From positions 43,710,001-43,774,000 of the forward strand of contig NC_083240.1 of the NCBI RefSeq assembly GCF_032191835.1: 64,000 bases of DNA. The letters run 5' to 3'. The DNA is from Heteronotia binoei (lineage: Eukaryota). The notes under the pieces are model-generated. The model ran no database searches, was not told where the DNA came from, and saw only the letters and a program-made list of their open reading frames with translations. Numbering within the stretch: the stretch's first letter is position 1; each line of letters starts with the position of its first letter. A program made the translations under genes and the position numbers. Positions 57,599 to 64,000 of this stretch are shown here, one piece after another.

Positions 57599-58734
57599 AA
57601 CTGGGTCAGGGACAGACAGAGGATGGGAGGAGAGAGTTTGTGCCCCCCCGCTCTCAGTCTCTTTCTTTTGGAGATGCCACTGCTGGCTCTGGGCCTCAAT
57701 TTGGGGGAGGGGAGTGTTTATATCCCAGACGCCATTTTTCTTTCCTGCTCCAAATGCCACCTTCCAGTTTTAGCTATCTTGGAAATGGTATCTAAGAAGT
57801 GTTAGATTTGTAACATGTGGAAGGCTGCTTCGTGATTAAAGTGGGGCTTCCCTACCTGTTTAAAACCCAGATTGTACACTTCATTGGAACTGTGGTGAAG
57901 TCAGACTTCTAGTGGGCCCAGTCAGGCCAAAATGGGTTGCAGATTAGCTTAGACACAAAGGTGAAAACCATCCCTGGGCTTGTGTGGCTTCTGGGTGAAA
58001 ACCATCCCTGGGCATGTGTGGCTTCCAAAACCCACAAACGGAGGCCATCCTAATTCACCAAGGGGCTTAAAAAATACTTCTTGTTCATCTTCCTTTGACC
58101 AGGGCGGGGGAGCCCAACCAGGACTGTGGCAGAGAAAGTCTGTTTAAGATCATTAGAAAACATTCCTAAAACAATGCTGCCTTTAATTCATGACAGTTGT
58201 TCTGGTGTGTTCTTACACAGTGTCTTGGGTGATAGTTACAGGCATCTTAATGAAATGTTCATGCCCAGCTCCAAACAACAAGCCCTTGGAGTTTCGGCCC
58301 CACCTCTTTCCGTGGAGCTTGTTCCCAGCCTTTCTGCTTGGGGCTGGAAGGTTTAGCACCAGGACAGAAACTTGCTTCAAGTCCACGCAAGAGGGAAGGA
58401 TGGGGGTGATGCACCCTGTCTATCCACTGGGTAGGCGCTAGGCCCCACGGCCAGCAAAAAAGTCTCTGCATTTGTACATGCGGTGAGAATGTACCCACAA
58501 GCTTTTTAGTGGGGCAAAATGGTGGCTTCCCTGGAGAATGTGCCTTTGTCCCATGCCCCAGAGCAAGGGGGCATGGCAGATCTGAACATTTTCTGCTGGG
58601 TCCCCCCCCATGTGCAGAGTCTGCATGTTTAAGGATGGTGTAAGCTGGGCATCGCCAGCTAAAAAGCTGTGAGAAAGAGACAGCTGGATGAGAAAATGCC
58701 ATTCAGATATTTCTGAATGGCCAGAAGTTCACTT

Positions 58735-58863
58735 TCAGGCAGTGAGTAGCTTGTGGCTGTCGAGCAAAATTTGGTTGAAGCCGGTCCTGGGGGAGGCGTG
58801 GCTGTGCGGCCGGGTGTCAGCGTAAAGCAGGGGCGATTTCTTGCAGTGGAACTTGACGGAGCC
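58735..58863 (-). CDS. MYO19: Unconventional myosin XIX, last exon
   Basis: [32 protein letters not shown] stop; cttctgcccAG acceptor, phase 0. Confidence 0.93.
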   Translation of the reverse strand, partial: GSVKFHCKKSPLLYADTRPHSHASPRTGFNQILLDSHKLLTA

Positions 58864-59680
58864 CTGGGCAGAAGAAGAGGACTGTTAAGGTTCGCCTGGA
58901 AAACAGGTGAGACTCTCCTGTCCAAGAGCGGCATTTTCCAAACTTCTAGTAGCCGAGCCTCACATTCAGAATTGAAACTGAAAATGTTTACCAAGTAGGA
59001 GAGGCCCGCTTAACTACCAAACCCTAAACAGGACACATTTTGCTTGGTGTAAGCTCTGGAGAGGAAATTCCCCAAACAGGAAGTCACCACCAAAAAGGCC
59101 CTTGCTTCACTCCAGAAGGTGAGAAAGCTGGATGGACTCTGAGGAGTGAGGAGAGCTTCTAAAGTATGGATGCAGCTGCCTTCTACCAAGCCGGACCTCT
59201 GGTGTCCCACCCAGGCCTGGTCTTAGATGAGCAGCCACGCTGGTCTGCAGGAGAGTGGCAGGACTCAAGTCCAGGAGCACCTGAAAGACCCACAAGATTT
59301 GAAAGGTCTGAGCCTTCAAGGCTCCAAGCCTCCCTTTGTATCTCATGAGGTTTTATTTTCCAAAGCTTTCTCCCCTGGGAATCTTGCCGGTCTTTTAAGG
59401 TGCCCCTGGACTTAACTGTGTGACTTCCGAATGGAGATGGGCCCTTCCCAACGCCTGTGATCTTTCAATGGGAGAAGCCAAGGATGAAACGTGGAGCCTC
59501 AGGCATCCAAAGCAGACGCTGCACCCCTGAGCCGCAGCCCTGTTGATAGCTTTTAAAGCAGCAGCACTTTGACTTGCGTCTCAAAGCCAATTTTTTTTGT
59601 GCAGATAAGCCTCCTGAAGCCACCGTACTATGTAACATGGTGGGATGTGTCCAGCTTCTACCAAGAACGGTCACCCATAC

Positions 59681-59983
59681 CTGTGGCAGTGCTCTGACCG
59701 AGGTGATGCCCCTCTCCAGCATCTTGGTCTCAGCCTTGTGCTGGTGGCTGCACTGGACAACTTGGAGGCAGGCCAGAAAGGTGAGGCTTCTCTGGAACCC
59801 GCCCAGTGTCACAGGCGCACTTGACAGCACCAGTCCAAGAGGCCAGAACTGGATAATTGCTCTTGGTGGCCCAGATTTTTCCGATTCGCTGCAAGCCCAG
59901 CTTGAGGGAATAGCCTCTCTGGAAACACAGGGATTCCCTTCGATGTCATCCAGTTCTTCTGCAGCCAGCATCTCGATCTTCGT
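59681..59983 (-). CDS. MYO19: MYO19 penultimate exon (membrane-targeting tail)
   Basis: TKIEMLAAEELDD..FWPLGLVLSSAP..GITSVRALPQ; cttcctAG acceptor, CAG|GTATGG donor; 303 nt, phases 0/0. Confidence 0.92.
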
Positions 59984-60161
59984 CTAGGAAGAGAAGAGCA
60001 TTCTAACTCATTCACAGCAATAGAGAAGTAGGTAATAATTGTCTCCCCTCCATCCCTGTTTCAGCCCATGAGAGCTTTTCATCCCTCCAGCTCTTTACCA
60101 AGTTTTTGGGGAAGAATCTGCAGGTTGATGAGCGTTTTTTTTTTTTTAAATCAGTTTAAGA

Positions 60162-60545
60162 CAGTGGTGTCAATTTGTTATGAGGACCGGATCTGACATA
60201 AATGAGACCTTGCTGGGCTGGGCCATTTGTGCTCCTATTTAAGATTAGGTAGCAGAGATGTAAACTTTACAAAGAACACACATAGGTATATAATATAGTT
60301 GTGCAAATGAGCATGGTAAAGCAAACTGCCTTCCCCCCCTTCCTCTCCAAGGGAAGAGCCTCAGTCAGGGGAGAAAATAGAGGTTTTGCTCTGTGCTGTT
60401 GAGCAAGCCTTGCAAAGCAAGCTGTGATGCAGACGGGAGCAAGAGAGAGGGAGAAGGAAGCAGATGACAGCCAGTTGCTCAGAGGCCTGATAGGAGCCCT
60501 CCAGGGGCCCAATTTGGCTCTGGGGCCATATGTTTAACACCCCTG
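60162..60545. mobile_element. hAT (Charlie-like) non-autonomous element
   Basis: cagtggtgtcaa ... tttaacacccctg; homologous to 60685 copy and to a fragment at ~18925-19050; TSD not seen. Confidence 0.75.
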
Positions 60546-60684
60546 GGCTGCCTCCAGGTCTCTGCAGGCTTTGGAAGGGTCAGGCTTGGTGCAAGCCCAG
60601 TACTGGCAATGTTGAATTTGAAGCCTTCAAAAATACGCAAAGAGCCGGCTGTGGCTGGAAATCATGCTCACCCCTGCCCTAGTG

Positions 60685-61283
60685 CAGGGGCGTCAAACTC
60701 ATGAGGGCCGAATCTGACATAAATGAGACCTTATTGGGCTGGGCTGGATCATGTTGGACCAGGCCACGTATGCACCTGTTTAAGATTAGGTAGCGCAAAC
60801 AAACTTTATAAAGGAATACAGAGAACCACAAAGGGTTTTAAAAAAAACTTAAAACATCAGCACTCATTGGTCTTAAAGATGCTTTCTTTCTATCTCTCCC
60901 ATGGGATTAAGGGAACTGGGCAAAGGAAACTCTGCCTCTTTCCTTCCTTCCCCAAGGGAGGAGGAGGGAGAGGAGCCTCAGCCAGTAGAAGGAAGAGAGG
61001 CTTGGCTCAATAGCTCTGCTGTGCAACTGAGAGAGCCTGGCAAAGCAAGCTTTTCCTCTCCCCCTCCTTTCCTTTCCAAGGAAGGAGCCTCAGCCAATGA
61101 GGAAAATAGAGGTTTTGCTTTGTAGTTTCTGTGCGACTGAGCAAGTCTTGCAAAGCAAGCTGTGATGCAGAAGGAAGCAAGAGAGAGGGAGAAGGAAGCA
61201 GATGACAGCCAGTTGCTCGGGGGTCTGATAGGAGCCCTCTGGGAGCCTGATTCAGCCCCTGGGCCGCATGTTTGACACTCCTA
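60685..61283. mobile_element. hAT (Charlie-like) non-autonomous element
   Basis: caggggcgtcaaac / gtttgacactccta; perfect TSD ccctagtg. Confidence 0.88.
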
Positions 61284-62011
61284 CCCTAGTGAATGGTGGC
61301 AGAAATGAGAGATGGAGTACTTCTTAAAAATATGAAGCCAGAACAGCAGAAGAGGAAGGAAGGAAGGAAGGAAGGAAGTGGGTGGGAAGAAGGGAGGGAG
61401 AGGTGGAAAGAAAGCAATTTTAACTGTATTCTCCAAACTGCTGGCTGGCTTGGTGGAGTGATTTAAAGAGACAGATGCCTTCTCTAAGCTGGCCAATGGA
61501 GTGGATGGGGGCTCCAAGGCCACCCCTGTTCTGGACTCTTGGTTTTTTTCTACTGCTACAGACAGACTAACCCAGTGCTACTCATCTTGATCTTAAACAA
61601 AGTTTCACTTATGTGCAATTTATTTTGCAATTCTTGCCATTTTGCATCTACAAGGAAGGAAATAAGGTGAGGGGAACTATATATGGCATTCAACCCCCCC
61701 TCCCCCCAAAAAAAATTACTCTGGATGCTCTGATTTCACCAAGTATTGGTACACCTGGAGCCCTTGCAATCATATGGTCTAGAAACTTGAATTTAATTTT
61801 AAAGAACAGTTCTTAGAAAGATGAAACCTGCACACCAGGTTTTATCCAATAAAAGCTCTGATACACTGATTTTGAGCAGTAAATAGTTGTTGTTCATCAC
61901 TTATTGCCCAGCAGACAAAGCCTGTGCTTTCTCTATCCTTCCTGGGAATCCCATCAGACATCCCAGCTTCCAACAAGCTGCAGGTCAACTTTAACAACTC
62001 CGCTCCCTCAC

Positions 62012-62097
62012 CTTCCATTTTCTCCATGTCCGTTTTATGACCGTAGCAGCTTTGCACAGTTTCTGGAAACGTCTCCTGGCTAGCCACCCACGAACAG
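62012..62097 (-). CDS. MYO19: MYO19 exon (IQ motifs)
   Basis: (A)VRGWLARRRFQKLCKAATVIKRTWRKWK; tgtcAG / AAG|GTGAGG; phases 1/0. Confidence 0.92.
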
Positions 62098-62992
62098 CTG
62101 ACAAGAGGGGTGGGGGTGGGGAACAAACTGTGTTAAGAGAATCTGCTGGAATATGCACCACAAAATGAGAGGGAGGGAGGAATGCCCAAAACACACATGC
62201 AAGGAACAGCTGTGATCAATAATAACAATACTTTTAATTTATATCCCGTCCTCCCTGCCGAGGCAGGCTCAGGGCGGCTCACAACATATTAATTCAATAT
62301 AATACAATAAAATCATATAATTCAATAAATACTACATTATAAAACCATCAACCAACATGCAATTAATAGTCACACCAGTACACTGTTAAGCAGCCTCTCT
62401 TATCTATCCCCCCACCTCCAAATTAAAAGTTGGAGACTACTATTGCTCTTATATAAAAAAATAGTTTTATCATGTAAGGAATATTCACTTTCAAGCCCCT
62501 TTTCTGTACATTCCCACATGAGATACTGTTGAGGACCTTGAGCAGAGACACAGCAAGCCTAGAGCAGATACACGGACTTTTCTGACCACTGGTCACTTCT
62601 CCATGACTGAACCAGCCAATATGGCCAGAGCAAGGGCTGATAGGGAAAAGGCTAGGCTGCAACAGGGCTCATGCAGAGAGGCAGCAGGCAGCCTCTTTTG
62701 ATGGGTATTTTGGGGCTTTCCATCCCAAGCACCCCCCTGTTAAAGAAGTCTTAGATCTCAAGGGAGTTGCTGCTGCCACTCTAAGTAGGGAATGCGGAGC
62801 CAGATGAACCCCTGGTCTGACTGCAGAAGGCAGCTTCCTGTGAGCAGAGCCACCCCATTCTGGTTCTGCAATAGCACTGGGGGTCGTGCCCTCCATCGGC
62901 TGACCTTTGGCCATGCACTGTGCAGCTTCAAACTACATCGCTGGGTGGTTGCAAGGGCAAAAAGGCACCCCCCCCCCAATCTGCCCCACATG

Positions 62993-63186
62993 CAGTGTTC
63001 CCTCTAAGCCGAGTTAGCATGAGCTAGCTCACCAATTTTTAGCCTCCAGCTCACACATTTTTGTCTTAGCTCAGGAAGGATGACCCCAGAGCACACTAAT
63101 TTATGCAGCAGCTCACAACTTTAATGCCAGGAGCTCACAAAGTAGAATTTTTGCTCACAAGACTCTGCAGCTTAGAGGGAACACTG
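62993..63186. mobile_element. hAT-type MITE, CAGTGTTCCCTCTAAGCTG family
   Basis: Perfect TIRs and TSD cccacatg. Confidence 0.92.
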
Positions 63187-63584
63187 CCCACATGCCTCAG
63201 AGGAAGGACAGAGTAAGAATCACCACCTGTGACCTGGAGAATGAACTCTGCAGGATTCAGCTGACCTCCCCTTCCCTGCCCATCTATATTTCTCTGCCAC
63301 TTTGGTGTAGTGGTGAAGTGTGCAGACTCTTATCTGGGAGAACCGGGTTTGATTCCCCACTCCTCCACTTGCACCTGCTGGAATGGCCCTCTCAGCCCCA
63401 TCCACCTCACAGGCTGCTTGTTGTGGGGGGAGGAAGTCTGCTCTGAGATTCAGAGTATAGGGCAGGATCTTCAAGCCCAGCAGACGGGGAAAGAACATCT
63501 GAAACAGCCCTGTATTCCGCTGAACCTGCCTCTGATTCTGAACTGCTTCCATGCATGTCTTTGCTGGTTAACCCCACCCGTCTG

Positions 63585-63800
63585 CAGTGTTCCCTCTAAG
63601 CTGAGTGAGTGTGAGATAACTCACCGATTTTTAGCCTCCAGCTCATGCGTTTTTGTTTTAGCTCAGGAAGGATGACCCCAAAGCACACTAATGTATGCAG
63701 CAGCTCACAACTTTAATACCAGTAGCTCATAACTTTAATGCCAGGAGCTCACAAAGTAGAATTTTTGCTCACAAGTCTCTGCAGCTTAGACGGAACACTG
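63585..63800. mobile_element. hAT-type MITE, CAGTGTTCCCTCTAAGCTG family
   Basis: Perfect TSD cccgtctg. Confidence 0.92.
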
Positions 63801-63824
63801 CCCGTCTGTCACCTTTTCTCTCAC

Positions 63825-63954
63825 CTGATTGGATGGCTGTGGCAGCCTGTCTCTGCTTCGCCTGCTTCCGCCTCTTAAACTGCCACCAGCAGCACTGGAT
63901 GCAGAAAGCTCTCTCAGAGAAGGCCTGGGCTCGCCTAGCTTCCAGGAGCTCCAA
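63825..63954 (-). CDS. MYO19: MYO19 exon (end of motor domain, first IQ motif)
   Basis: LELLEARRAQAFSERAFCIQCCWWQFKRRKQAKQRQAATAIQS; ccttgcAG / G|GTGAGA; phases 0/1. Confidence 0.92.
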
Positions 63955-64000
63955 CTGCAAGGAGAAACGTAAAACCTTCGGGTGAACCTGGGCACGGTCA

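Noticed and set aside
59465-59680. 168-aa ORF as the MYO19 terminal exon
   Set aside because: Similarity to MYO19 ends at ALPQ|GTATGG and resumes at the 58863 exon; the rest is intron read-through

Overview
Eukaryotic (vertebrate) genomic DNA, very likely a squamate and probably a gecko (inferred from dense tRNA-derived SINEs resembling Squam2, Squam3 and Sauria SINE, plus CR1 LINEs and hAT MITEs; family names are from recall and need Dfam/Repbase confirmation). Most entries in the ORF track are spurious TE or antisense frames; the real genes are spliced. Genes: (1) first coding exon of an unidentified minus-strand gene at a CpG island (~3.4 kb); (2) an intronless 321-aa class A GPCR of the EDG/GPR3-like group lacking the LPA/S1P headgroup residues (11392-12357); (3) DNAJB9 (minus, complete CDS) head-to-head with (4) THAP5 (plus, 3 coding exons) on one bidirectional CpG promoter; (5) ZNHIT3 (plus, 5 exons, complete); (6) the last four coding exons of MYO19 (minus), convergent with ZNHIT3. 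Most notable: Penelope-like insertions carrying minimal hammerhead-ribozyme motifs (one with a 57-nt spacer also found 2.6 kb upstream), the orphan GPCR, juxtaposition of two gene pairs that lie on different human chromosomes, a five-level nested TE, three tandem SINE amplifications, a duplicated CCAAT+TGACG module in the DNAJB9/THAP5 promoter, and a ZNHIT3 promoter split by head-to-head MITEs. Splice coordinates were checked by hand for GT/AG and phase; TE boundaries are approximate unless a TSD is quoted.
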